Positions 39,644-53,135 of a DNA stretch of 64,000 bases are shown here, one piece after another. Position 1 is the stretch's first letter; each line of letters starts with the position of its first letter. The DNA is taken from assembly GCF_026571515.1 (NCBI RefSeq), contig NW_026852998.1, positions 434,001-498,000 of the forward strand. The letters run 5' to 3'. The position numbers and the translations under genes were made by a program. Origin of the DNA: Ruditapes philippinarum (lineage: Eukaryota). The notes beneath the pieces were generated by a model that saw nothing but the letters and a program-made list of their open reading frames with translations, made no database searches and was not told the origin of the DNA.

Positions 39644-40616
39644 TTAAATGTTTTGTAAACGCTCCAACGCCATACTTATAAACACATTTTGGTAAAAAAC
39701 ACACATTTGCTTATGCTTCAATAATTTGGTTGAGAATAAACTAAACTCATAAATTTACTGTTTTATGATTACTAAATTGGTGTTCACGAGTTCTTAGCTC
39801 AATTAAGTCATCATCTTATGACAGTGCTTTCAATCACAACCAATTTTAAATTTCCGGTGTGTGCTTCAATTATTTCCAGATATATATAATGTGGAAAACT
39901 AAAAACTTCGTCCTTTTCCCACAATGATTATGTTACGGAGAGAATTTCCAAAATATATAAAATTATAATCAGTTATACTTCTGACACGCTGATATGGCTA
40001 TTTGTTTCTATCAGGTTACGCCTGATATTCTAAGTCATGTTGCCATGGCACTGAACCAAAAAATAAATGCACTTTTTATCACTTTGGAGGGTATGAAGTC
40101 TTTCTTCACCAGTGAAGCTAGAAAGTCGCAATATGAAAACCCAGTCGCCTGATCACGGTCTGCATTGTTAGCTATTCAATCAGAACATGTTTTGAAAATT
40201 TCAGTTAAGACGACGAGTGGTTTGTATAGATTGAAAGATGGACAAGTCCATTTAATATGTTGTCTGGCGGAATTTGTTTCCCCAGATAAAACAATAAGTT
40301 CAACTTTTAATATGTCTCTGTTATTCTAGTCATGTTTAAATGTACTATAGTATACTTTGTTTACGGCTTAAATAAAAGCCCTTTTACAACACAAACTTAT
40401 CTTGAGTTGTTTATTGTTTTACAAGCTACGCAAACTCCTGAATCTATGTAACCGAACCACCTGCCACCAATAAATGGTGCAAGATTTTACAGGCGTCTTT
40501 ATAACACACATTGAATATTAATTTCTTTAATAACTATGATAAGAAAGCTTGTAAATGTTTCAACATTTTATTGCACTTAAACTTCTAGGTTTTTTATAAT
40601 TTACTTTAAAATATCG

Positions 40617-43600
40617 TTAAAATTGTGTAAAAGTATAAGATCTAGATTTAATGTCATTAACTAAAGGAGGTAATGACAGTTTAGTATTTCCTTTTGTAAA
40701 AGGAACACTATTTTCAGTCATTGATTTACTATTGTCCATGGCAACTTTTGTCTTCTGAAGACTCTTAAACGAGTCCTCAGTAGAAGTGTCTGAAAATAAT
40801 TTTGGCACGTGCGTATAACCTCTCTGTAAACCTTTTATTGTTCTAGTTGGTACTGACTGAATATCTCTCGGCGGATCCGCATGAATCACATGGCTACGGG
40901 GACTGTAGTTTTGTGTAACGGATTTTCTGATTGGTTGCTGCGTTTCTGGTGGGCGTGGTGTTGTAATACTCGTGAAAGATCGCATGAGCTGAAGCTTTCT
41001 TTCGCTGAGAGTTGAGTTATATTCAGGAATACTGAAGTTCATTCCCAGACTATTTACTTGGTACAAAGCTGTAATAAAAATATCAATAAATGAGAAAGTA
41101 ACATATGTACACCACTGACTTGATTGCACGAATAATTGTTTAGACTGACCATTACTAGTAGTGCAAGCACAACAAATTATGAATAAAACACATTTTAAAG
41201 ACAGAAACAATTTTAAATAATGCATGTCCTGTTAAATATATTCAATAAACGAACTGTTAAACAACATTGAAAAAATCCATATTTTATGGCTGTAAATTTT
41301 ACGAGGATTTAAGCCGAATGTTGAAGATTTAAAAATATCTCTTTAAATTAACTTACATTTCTTGATCTCTGTATGCAATCTATTTTTACACATATCATCT
41401 TTCTTCAATATCCATCCTTTTAGTCCTTTGAGAACAAGTTTTTGGCCTCCACTGTCTTCCGTAACTATTAATGCATTGTCTTTTGCCTTACACTGTAAGT
41501 GTATTTCTTTCTTTGGTTCATCTTTATCTCTCTTTATTCTCTTTTCTGGACTAAGGTCTTGTTCTGAGCGTTCTTTGAATTTACTTATGTATGTTTCTCT
41601 CGTGGAATTCGGTGGATCAGGGCGATCGTTCGTTGTCGACTTGGATTGCATAAGTGTTGTTCGTTCACGGCGCCATACTTTTGGAGCAACGCTAGCTGGT
41701 TTACATATATTTATATGATCTCTGGTAGTATCTGGATTTCGTTGATTTCTGCTCATTCTGGCTCGTTTACCAGAACGTTGAAACTTGTCGTAAAATTCAT
41801 GTGGGTATACAATTTCTAATAGAAGTCTGTTGGCCTCAACAGACGCATACTTAGCCGTTGCTTCGGTGATTTCACAGACCATACACTTATCTGAACCATT
41901 CTTAAAGTCTTCAGTTCCATTGTGTGCTTGATTCATAGATAAATCTCGACCAGCAAGAATATGTTCACATTTAATATTTGGAAGTTTTGTCGTCACGTCT
42001 TCATGCACGTGGAGATCATTACCCATTTCATTACTATTATTGGAACATTTTTCCAAGTTTGATACATGTCGTTTACGCTCTTGTTTATCTTCTCGATCTA
42101 ATTCTAATTTAGGAATTGAAACTTCATCTTCATTCTCACTCTTCATTATATTATTACTTTGACTACTACTACTGTTTCTTTCACTTGTACAGGATCTTTT
42201 ACCGTTCTCCAATATTCCCGCATCATAGCTTGATTGTCTGCTTTTTGTGCTTAAACTCATTTTATCTTCTATATATTTTGGAAAAAGTTCCATTTCTGAT
42301 TTACTTTCTATGTTATTTGAAAGAAACATTTCGATGGTTCCATTGCCACTGCTTGAGTACTTAATTCCGGATGTTTCTGGTTTATTTCCTTTGTATAAAT
42401 TATCGTCACTTAGTTCCTTGAATTTATTCGAGTTGCGTTCGGAATTTCTTCTCTCCGTGACTTCTTTTATATTTGCTAATGAAGATTCATATGCACTAGA
42501 TTTACGTTTCTGTTTAACTTGAGACACGATTACTTTTTCACCTGTAAATCAAGTAAAGTAACTATTAACTAAATTTTTCACTTGTAAAATTACAGCTATA
42601 TAATAGGAGAAAGAGATCAAATGATAACCTTGACAATGACTGTGTTGTTAGATTATAATCAATATTATTTCTCAAATATTTACATGATATTAAGTCAATA
42701 TATATTTTAGCTTCATTATAATATTTACAATTAACGCTCGGCGTGTAAATTGACTGAAACTAATATTTATACGAAAGTTCAAAAAGTCTATGCGTCACTT
42801 AAATCTTTCATGAACGTAAAAAGGCCGGTGTATTTTCTTTTAGCCAAACCATGTGAAATATCGAAAACTAAATACATAACGAAGTTTCGGTTGAAAAATC
42901 AAATGACTTGATTAAACATTGATTTAATCAAATGTTTAAATCTTTTAAAATACAGTAGACATTTCACGTTATAAAGGTATATATAAGTAAATACGCGGAC
43001 ATGTTTAAAGGTGATGTTAAACCCTTATAATTAATGGGTTTTTTTGTATGTCCCTTATAATTAATGCATTTTAATTTTTGAAGGAAATATTTTATTGTGT
43101 TACAAACGGTATCATTAGATTGTATAGGTCTATTTTAATATATTATGGACTTATGGACAAGAAGAAATATGTTTGTTTTTTTCCTTTCTTTAAAAAAAAT
43201 AATCATACGTACTTTAAATGTTACATATAGCCTTAAATACTACACTTTTAAGAGAACATGATAAATTGTAATATAGTACGTTTATCCGTACGTAATAACA
43301 ACAAAAGATGTTGTTAAACTATAGTAAGAAAATCATGCATTTTGATCGCGTTTAAAAAGATACCAAACTTATGTATCCAAATAATGAAATATTTCGAGTT
43401 GTTAAATTTACAAAAACCTCAACAGCGAATCGTTTTTCTATATATTTTAATTGGTTTTCATTTAATATAATATAATATTATCAAATCCATAAATAAAGTA
43501 CATAAAACGTAAACTCAAGTAGTTCATATCGGTATCATCAGACAGAATTCTTCACAAATTAAATGAGTTTCAACGAATTGTTCAGTCTTAAATTATCGGA

Positions 43601-45897
43601 AATATTCTTCAAATTAATTTGAATAATACACAAAGATAGTAGTTAATGTTCATCTTTAATTAGAGCAGTGAATAAATATTAGAATGACAAACATATAATG
43701 ATAATTCTCAAAGCTATCTAGGAGGACACAATCTATTTAGGAAAAATATATCTTGTTAAGGCATCATTTTCACATATACATAATAAAAAGTACCATGGAA
43801 ATTGTCAAAACTTTAAACATATTTGCTGGAATATAAACTTGGAAATGTTTGCGGGTTAAAAATGGAATATACAGATTTTACACTAAAATTTTGATCGTTG
43901 GTAAAATTTGAAAAAATATGCTTTAACGTAACTGAGCATAACATCGACTTAAAATAGAAAATATGCCAAGCTATTGTTTAATTTGACGTATGACGCTTAT
44001 TTGAACTGTTTGTACCGCCCTCAATTCCAGTCTTCCCACAATTAACAATTCCGTTGTCTTTATGTCTTTAAAGGAAACTTGGTCTTTATTAAAGTGGTAC
44101 TCGAACCCATGAGGCAGGTATATCTTAACCACGTGACCACCCTCTCCACATTTCACCACATGACCATCCATCCCTCTCCATATTTAACCAAGTGACCACC
44201 CACCTCAATATTTAACCACATGACCACCCCTCTAAACATTTAGCCACGTAAACACCCCTCTCAACATTTAGCCACGTGATCACCCCTCTCAACATTTAGC
44301 CACGTGATCACCCCTCTCGAAATCAATGCTACATACCTTCTATCGGACAATCCAGTGATTGGCCGAGGTCTCCGTTCTGTAGGTACATGTGCCTGTTCAG
44401 TGAAAACTGAACCTGTCATATATATATAGACCATCAATCACATTATATCAAATATCTCTGAAGCAAGCTATTTATAAACATATAGTCTTAAAGCTGCACA
44501 TTGTAAACAGATTAAAATCGTTGAGACAGAGTTAATTACACGTACATGTGTACAGTAAAACAGATTAAGCGCAAATGTAGTTATTAAACTAATGTAGAAT
44601 AAAAATCAATTTACTGTTTTATGTATTATGTATTATTAGATTATATCTTTTATAGTTATGGCTCAGCTGCAATCTAACTTAAAAGAAGATATTATCTAAA
44701 GATACGTCGAATTGATAATACAAAAAAGCATTTAAACATCGTTTAAATATTACATGTATGGAAACATAGAACATCTGCTTGTACAAATAATAAACATGAA
44801 TTACTTTTAGTGATATATCCTGATTTATCCAAAGTCATTTTCATTTTTACATGGAATTTTATCCTTCAAATATATTTTAATACTAAACCAACATTATGTG
44901 GCAGTGATAAATCGCCTTCTTTTCAATGCATGTAACAATATTTAATATAACCCCCACACATAAAATTAATTGAAAAATTGACGGATTTTATGAAAACTAT
45001 CCGCTATTGTAATGTTTGATAAATGACACTACATTTATTGATGTAGGGTCCGGACAAAACATTTTAAATCTCATGGAATGCTATTACAATAAGTAGAAAT
45101 CAATGAAAGCTTCTTATTTCACGTATAGTTTGTATTCCATTAGGTTTATTTTATTTATATCTACAATAGAGCAAACACAATTATTCCTAATTTTTGTAAA
45201 CAGTTTATTGTATATTATCGTTTCTCTTATCTTCATACACGACCACCTTTGACTTTAGATTAAATAGTCATATAAAATAAAGTTCAAAATGTCCCTTAAA
45301 ATATTTTATAGTTAACTTTGGAACATTGTTTTAAGTATTTCAAACTTAGATAATCTAATCTTGTTGTGTGATAACAGTTTATGTAAATAATGAATTACAG
45401 ATTTATTTATTCGATCTGTATAGAGATGCAGTCAACGTTACGGCTGCACAATCATGTAAAACATAATGATAATTGAGCCGCGCCATGACAAAATCAACAT
45501 TATGCGTTTGCGACCAGCATGGATCCAGACCAGCCTGCGCATCCGCGCAGTCTGATCAGGATCCATGCTGTTCGCTTACAAACCCTATAACAAGTAGAGA
45601 AACTGATAGCGAACAGCATGGATCCTGATCAGACTGCGCGGATGCGCAGGCTGGTCTGGATCCATGCTGGTCGCAAACCCATTATGTTGGTTTTGTCATG
45701 GCGCGGCTCATATGTGTTCATGCTTACGCAAATAAGCATAGCATACATGTTATCAAAGAAAAAAATCGTTTATCTACCATAATGTCTATATATCATGTCT
45801 ATATAGATTTGATTGCATTACTAGATCTAATTATAAAAAGAATTGTAATAATTTATACCACAATGTTTGGTATAGAATTTACCTTATCATATGTCAT
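40617..45897 (-). CDS. Uncharacterised, largely low-complexity (Ser/Lys/Glu/Arg-rich) protein, 4 coding exons, about 575 aa
   Basis: Exons 45897-45883 (tentative), 44412-44337, 42541-41357 and 41068-40617, with GT-AG junctions in compatible phases (1728 nt). The 394-aa and 202-aa ORFs join in frame (KK-S-LYQVNSL). Minus-strand AATAAA at 40567-40572. No domain recognised. Confidence 0.7.
44126..44318. repeat. About 28-bp minisatellite (ACATTTAGCCACGTGATCACCCCTCTCA), 7 copies
   Basis: Direct tandem repeats, each with a CACGTG/CACATG-like core. Confidence 0.85.
45474..45710. mobile_element. Palindromic MITE, full and near-perfect (young) copy
   Basis: 237 bp. The arms of about 103 bp are almost perfectly complementary around the loop TACAAACCCTATAACAAGTAGAGAAACTGAT. 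Confidence 0.95.
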
Positions 45898-46034
45898 ACC
45901 GTCCTCCAAAGTTGGACTTTCTTGTCCTTGATTGAAGATTTTACATTATTTTGTCAATTATAACCATTAAAATAACATTAAAATGTCAATCACAAACGGA
46001 AACAGAACTGTACACACTATGGTTACGACGTAAT

Positions 46035-46050
46035 TGACGTCACGGCGTCA
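46035..46050. promoter_or_regulatory. CRE palindrome plus half-site upstream of the orphan gene
   Basis: TGACGTCA at 46035-46042 and CGTCA at 46046-46050, about 140 bp 5' of the tentative first exon, in CpG-retaining sequence. Confidence 0.4.
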
Positions 46051-47130
46051 GAATTATGTGTAATGTTCACGGTATACGTCGCTTTATCATAGAGCGATAA
46101 TAATCCATTACACCTATCTCAGCATGTACATGAGGTTAATTTCCTTTTCAAACCTTCCTATATAAATGAAATTTAAATATATGTTTTCTCCATTGATATT
46201 ACGACACGCGCCTTTCTCTCACTTGAATCGTTCTATTTTGATTCCATTATAACGCTTTCAATATGAAAACTGATCAATTTAAATTTCTTCATTTACTTCT
46301 GTATATCCGTTAATAAAGTTAAACTTCGATTTTCAACATTTTATTTTAACGACACTATTATATTGTCACATTTTATTTTTCAATTAATAAACTTGTCAAA
46401 TATTTTTTTCTCTTTGCTTTTTCAATGTTATTAAATATTCAGATCTGTTATAAACCTGCAAAATTGACTTGTATTGTTTACTCAAGTTCGCTTTACTTAT
46501 CGAATGAAACGTTTTTGTGGTATTAAGTGTCTATTTGAACATTTGATATAGCGTCCGTGGTAAAGTTACATACAGTCCTTCAAATGGAAATAAATCTTTT
46601 AAGACGGCTTCGTGACAGCACAATATTTCTTAACGGATTATTTTTGTTGAAATAATATAATAACGAAACAAGACTATTTCATTCATTCCATTCAATTTAG
46701 AAATGAAAGAGTATTATTTATTCGATTATGAAATAAAACATAACTTCTTTTAAATCATATCCCTTTATATAGCTGTTAAATAGCTAAGTAAGCTATCATA
46801 TGTATATATAGTGTTAGGCAGTGTTATTGGTACCGGCCAAACGTATCACTTGGCAACAAGGACAGGGTCCGAGGCTACATGTGAAAATAAGTTCTTTTAG
46901 CTCAAACTCAGTTCTCATGTATTTGACTGGTCAAAATCTGGCACAAAATGTGTACTGACCAATTAAAATCCTGTCATTTGAGAGATTTTAATGATCTCCG
47001 AGAGCTATATTTGTTGAGAACAAAGAATAAAGCATTCGTCAACAACATGAATCGATTTTAAAAGACATGTTTCGCCTGGCACGAAGTTGGTTGAAATAAA
47101 CAACATCGTCACAAAGAAAATGTTAACTTT

Positions 47131-47204
47131 CATCATCATCATCATCATCAGCATCACTATCATCATCGTCAACATAATCATCATCAACAACATCATTTCC
47201 ATCA
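47131..47204. repeat. (CAT)n microsatellite
   Basis: Imperfect trinucleotide run. Confidence 0.85.
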
Positions 47205-48291
47205 TGGTGATTTTTCATATTTCTCAACCTCGTTCAGTTAATCTTACATTTTAAAAGATATAGATAAGAAAAACGTTTTTTATCACCATGATTAGAACAA
47301 GTTTTACTAGCTTGTTTATAGCCCATTCAATTCAATTCATTCAATTATTAATTAATCAAAACAGATTTTGCGTACTATAACTAATCCATTAAATGATAAT
47401 TTGAACATTTTAATTCAGGACCCTCGCACTCTTTGTGTTCCTGTGTGAGAAAGAAAAGTGAACTAAAATAAAAGTTATATAATGTATTTGAAACGTTTCG
47501 TGTCAAAGGTTACTATCAACGTTCTAATAAAGGATATAAATAATCTGTCCACCACTTAAAACGCATTAGAATGGAGTTTTTCTTTAATCCCTTTTTAGCT
47601 ATGATTATTATTTCATAATCATATTAGATTGTTTTCGACTTCTTGCAACAGTCAAATACGTCTAAAAACGAATACATTATAATTGATCATAATTCAACCA
47701 AAGGATATCGTCCTAGATTTTATGCTGTCCAAAGCATACAAACATCTGTAATAAATCCTTCTAAGATCTGAAATAAAGTAGGGCAAAAAAGCAACAACCA
47801 AAAAAGAAAAAAGGAAATAAACAAGAGCACTGCAAAGGCGCGGTTTATATGCATGTAAATAACCGAATGAAAATTTGTTTCAGAAATCAAAACTAATCTT
47901 TCAATTAGGGAAGTAACCAATTAAGGAAACGTGTCCAAAAGTGGTTTATATGACTTATCCTTATGATACTTAAATATTTACGGACCCACAGGTCGGGCCA
48001 TTTTATATAAATGTACTAGTTTACATAAAGCAAGTGAGTCCTAGGGTACAAAATGTTTGACCTCAGGTTTACGATAAATATAAATTTAGGTTTGGCGGTC
48101 AAATACGCGAGTTAACGCGATGTCATGCGAACTTTGTTGTTTTGCCTTACCAATGTGCTTGTGTACTGATGACAATTTATATTCTTGTATGTTTGTCTTT
48201 CCTTACAAAAAGAAAACAATTAACAGACTAATTAAAACACAGACTGGGCTGTCAGGCCATATTTTATATTTGCTAGCCCAAGCCAGGATTA

Positions 48292-48440
48292 AAGGGGAGC
48301 GCGGTGGCCTTTAGATAAAGATGTCTGCCTCTCAACCTAGGTTTCGTAGGTTTAAGCACTTATAGGTTCACGACTATGATTCAAGATACCAGTACTTGCG
48401 AGCTCCAGGAAGCGAACTCTAGAATGTTTACAATAAGCTT
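48292..48440 (+). mobile_element. tRNA-related SINE (second family), diverged
   Basis: GGGAGCGCGGTGGCC head, degenerate B box, then GATACCAGTACT..CCAGGAAGCGAACTC, shared with 2090-2205. Confidence 0.5.
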
Positions 48441-49635
48441 AACGCTTTATCATAAAAGTGTTAAACAAAGCCAAATTTTACAAGTCCTCTGCCTGCTAAT
48501 ATTAACTTCAAGGAGTGTTTACCTGTTCTTGGTTTCACATCAAGTATGTTGTATACCTTTTCTACCAAATGCTGATTTTTATTATTTTTTTTTTTGGTGG
48601 CGGAGGTGGATATTGAACAAACATAGGGTGTTGACGTGGTGGGGACCGTTAATCAAAGCTGAAACAGATGATAAAACAAATGTAAGACTAACAATCTTTT
48701 ACCAAAGATGAATTAAAAATATTATCACACATTGATCTTAAGTCAAAGAAAATTCCAAATGCTTTTATCAAAATTCTTAGAACAGGACAAGTGCTCATAC
48801 ATGTTAATCTGACAATCAGAAATATTACATATTCTGTAGCGGTATTCAAACCCAACAACTTAATGCAGGACAGTTTATATTGTTTGATTTATTATTAACT
48901 TTACTGTTATTCACATATTTGTAAAAGTTTGCAGTTTCCAAGAAAATTAGGGCACCCTAACAGATGTTACCCTTCATTTGAGACAGCTGTAAATGCATCT
49001 GCGTATATATTGTATAAATCCAATTTCAGATCAATATTTACAATATAAAACTTTGCAACAGCTTAAAATTAAACTTTGCAACAGCTTAAAATTAAAGTCT
49101 GCAAGAAAAACGTGTAAATTAAAAAAGCTCATTTTCTTGGGACCAAGTCATGTGTATATCTTATATAATCATATAGTTATTTGTAAATGGATGAACATTT
49201 CATTATACTCTATTTAAAACAGTTCAATCTCAAGACATCATGTTCGAAAAATGGTAATTAGTTCCTTTAAAAATATTAAAGAATTAGCCAATTCAATGTT
49301 TTACTGCAAATTATAATTATCAAAATATCATGTACATATTTACAAGATCTTGTTTATTGTGATGGTCTCAAATATCAATATGGGTCCTATAAATAAAAAC
49401 TTGATATCTGAGAGACACGGATGACGCCGCTATATATATTAGGACATCAAATAATATAAAGGGTTGTTATGTCCAAGTACATTATATAAAGACTATCCAT
49501 AAAGTTATATAAATTAATTGCCAATGCAAAAAAAATCTGGACAGCAATGGCAACAGAAAGTGACAACATGACTGTGGCAATAGCTCGCATTTATTTTCTG
49601 TGAAAATGTCAAGCTAAAAATGATGTGCATAATCT

Positions 49636-51669
49636 CCATACTGCCATCTATCTATTTTTCCATACTGCCATCTATCCATATTTCCATACTGCCATCTATC
49701 TATTTTTCCATACTGCCATCTATCCATATTCCCATACTGCCATCTATCCATATTCCCATACTGCCATCTATCCATATTTCCATACTGCCATCTATCCATA
49801 TTTCCATACTGCCATCTATCCATATTCCCATACTGCCATCTATCCATATTCCCATACTGCCATCTATCCATATTCCCATACTGCCATCTATCCATATTCC
49901 CATACTGCCATCTATCCATATTCCCATACTGCCATCTATCCATATTCCCATACTGCCATCTATCCATATTTCCATACTGCCATCTATCCATATTTCTATA
50001 TATACTGCCATCTATCCATATTCCATACTGCCATCTATCCATATTCCCATACTGCCATCTATCCATATTTCCATACTGCCATCTATCCATATTTCTATAC
50101 TGCCATCTATCCATATTCCCATACTGCCATCTATCCATATTCCATACTGCCATCTATCCATATTCCCATACTGCCATCTATCCATATTTCCATACTGCCA
50201 TCTATCCATATTTCTATACTGCCATCTATCCATATTCCCATACTGCCATCTATCCATATTCCCATACTGCCATCTATCCATATTCCCATACTGCCATCTA
50301 TCCATATTCCATACTGCCATCTATCCATATTTCCATACTGCCATCTATCCATATTTATACTGCCATCTATATTTCCATACTGTCATCTATCCATATTCCC
50401 ATACTGCCATCTATCCATATTCCCATACTGTCATCTATCCATATTCGCATACTGTCATCTATCCATATTCCCATACTGCCATCTATCCATATTTCCATAC
50501 TGTCATCTATCCATATTCCCATACTGTCATCTATCCATATTCCCATACTGCCATCTATCCATATTTCTATACTGCCATCTATCCATATTCCCATACTGTC
50601 ATCTATCCATATTCCCATACTGCCATCTATCCATATTCCCATACTGTCATCTATCCATATTCCCATACTGCCATCTATCCATATTTCTATACTGTCATCT
50701 ATCCATATTCCCATACTGCCATCTATCCATATTCCCATACTGCCATCTATCCATATTTCTATACTGCCATCTATCCATATTTCTATACTGCCATCTATCC
50801 ATATTTCTATACTGCCATCTATCCATATTCCCATACTGTCATCTATCCATATTCCATACTGCCATCTATCCATATTCCCATACTGCCATCTATCCATATT
50901 CCCATACTGCCATCTATCCATATTCCCATACTGCCATCTATCCATATTCCCATACTGCCATCTATCCATATTCCCATACTGCCATCTATCCATATTCCCA
51001 TACTGCCATCTATCCATATTTCCATACTGCCATCTATCCATATTTCTATACTGCCATCTATCCATATTTCTATACTGCCATCTATCCATATTCCCATACT
51101 GCCATCTATCCATATTTCCATACTGTCATCTATCCATATTCCCATACTGCCATCTATCAATATTCCCATACTGCCATCTATCCATATTTCCATACTGCCA
51201 TCTATCCATATTTCCATACTGCCATCTATCCATATTTCTATACTGCCATCTATCCATATTTCTATACTGCCATCTATCCATATTCCCATACTGCCATCTA
51301 TCCATATTTCCATACTGCCATCTATCCATATTTCCATACTGCCATCTATCCATATTCCCATACTGCCATCTATCCATATTCCCATACTGCCATCTATCCA
51401 TATTCCCATACTGTCATCTATCCATATTCCCATACTGCCATCTATCCATATTCCCATACTGCCATCTATCCATATTCCCATACTGCCATCTATCCATATT
51501 CCCATACTGCCATCTATCCATATTTCCATACTGCCATCTATCCATATTCCCATACTGCCATCTATCCATATTTCCAAACTGCCATCTATCCATATTCCCA
51601 TACTGCCATCTATCCATATTTCTATACTGCCATCTATCCATATTTCCATACTGCCATCTATCCATATTT
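49636..51669. repeat. 24-bp minisatellite (CCATACTGCCATCTATCCATATTY), about 85 copies
   Basis: Highly homogeneous tandem array. It explains the (ILPSIHIP)n, (HTAIYPYS)n and (MDRWQYGN)n ORFs. Confidence 0.97.
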
Positions 51670-52155
51670 CAAGTTTCATAGTACATGTACTTTTTAGTTA
51701 TCACGGAACACGTATTTGCGGACAGAAATACTAACTTACTGACAAACGGGCGGACGTGCCAACATTTGAGGCTTATGTGCTTTTTCTTCGATTCTTATGT
51801 GTCACTTTTCCCCATAAACCAGTAAAAATTACCACATAAATCGACTGTTTTATGGGATTTCCACCTTTTTATTTAACTACAATTACGGAAGGAATGAAGC
51901 TCATAGTCCATTGTAATTATTAGATCAAGGAACATTGAAATATTTCACACCAATGTACTGTTAAACCTTTTGCACAGGTTACTTTACCCATGCAAGGGGA
52001 TGGGGTGTGAAATACTTACCAGGTTTATAGTGTGTACATGTACAAACATATAGTCCTAGATTTTTCCAAACTATCACAATGATTTCTGCATGATTCACAA
52101 TTGCTTATTATCACAGTGAAATGCCAAATCTGAAAGTCTATACAATATGAATGTG

Positions 52156-52666
52156 TACGAGGGGTGTCCAAATTGTAATGCAATTCGATGCGTTTTGCGA
52201 GTAGGTATTTAAATAGCGCAAACCTGATTATCGCATTCCTTCAAACACGGATTTATATTACAATGTAATATAAATCCGTGCTTCAAAGTACTACTTTTGA
52301 ACCAATTTTCAAATGCATTTTGATAGTCATTTTGTCCAAAAATGTAATTTTTCCAGCTTTAGAAAGTTACGTAGAATGACAGAATTGTGGCATGAAGCAT
52401 TGTCGTGCAACAGCCGAATACCATACAGACCTGCCGCTGGCCTTCGTTTGTTGAAAGTTTTTCCTCAGTCTTGCCATTGACAGATTGCCCTTTTGATACA
52501 GCTTTTTGCACAGGGGGCCCACACAGTGTTTGGATGGTATATACTGCTTGATGGTGCCAGAAATATTACATATATCATTATCAGCATTTATAGCAGTTTT
52601 TGCTCAGCTTTTAAAGCAAACCCGTATTTCAGCACTTTTAACTGAGCATTGGACAGCCATTACATA
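52156..52666 (-). mobile_element. Mariner transposon remnant (internally deleted)
   Basis: End TACGAGGGGTGTCCAA, with a degraded opposite end TTGGACAGCC. The minus strand at about 52432-52348 encodes GLYGIRLLHDNASCHNSVILRNFLKLEK (HDNA catalytic motif). C-terminal YFEGMR* is restored when the 52246-52287 insertion is removed. Confidence 0.75.
52246..52280. mobile_element. 35-bp perfect hairpin with a 7-bp TSD; probable P/Galileo-superfamily excision footprint
   Basis: CACGGATTTATATTACA-A-TGTAATATAAATCCGTG, flanked by CTTCAAA at 52239-52245 and 52281-52287. Confidence 0.7.
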
Positions 52667-52974
52667 AACATGAATCATCAAATCTTTTCATAAACATGGG
52701 TCAGTAAATGTTTTTATAAACACAGGTCATTAAATATTTACATGGGTAATAAAATGTAAGCTACAACAAATCTAGACTGACAATTTATTGGCAATCAAAG
52801 AATAAACAAATAATATTGTTTTTTTTCTTCATGAATTACACATTATCTACACTGGAAGAATTTCTACAATGATCAGCATTTGTTAATTATGAACATCACT
52901 TCCTCTCTTGAACTCAAATTTTGATCATAAATAATGAATGATAACCATCATTTAAATATACATACATTTTTATA

Positions 52975-53135
52975 TCACTACATATATTACATCATTATTT
53001 TCATTACATCACATACATCATTATTTTCATTACATCACATATATTACATCATTATTTTCATTACATTACATTTATTACATCATTATTTTCATTACATTAC
53101 ATCACATATACATGTATTACATAATCACATTACAT
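52975..53135. repeat. Compound TTACA/CATCATTATTTT simple repeat
   Basis: Repeated ACATCATTATTTTCATTACAT units. Confidence 0.75.

Noticed and set aside
41069-41225. Apparent signal peptide (MHYLKLFLSLKCVLFIIC...) on the 202-aa ORF
   Set aside because: It lies in the intron between the 41357 donor and the 41068 acceptor, so it is probably chance read-through of AT-rich intron.
49614-51734. Long ORFs of 704 and 690 aa and the overlapping minus-strand ORFs
   Set aside because: They arise because the 24-bp unit lacks stops in five of six frames. The frames switch at single-base indels and the unit derives from a TE, so there is no sign of coding constraint.
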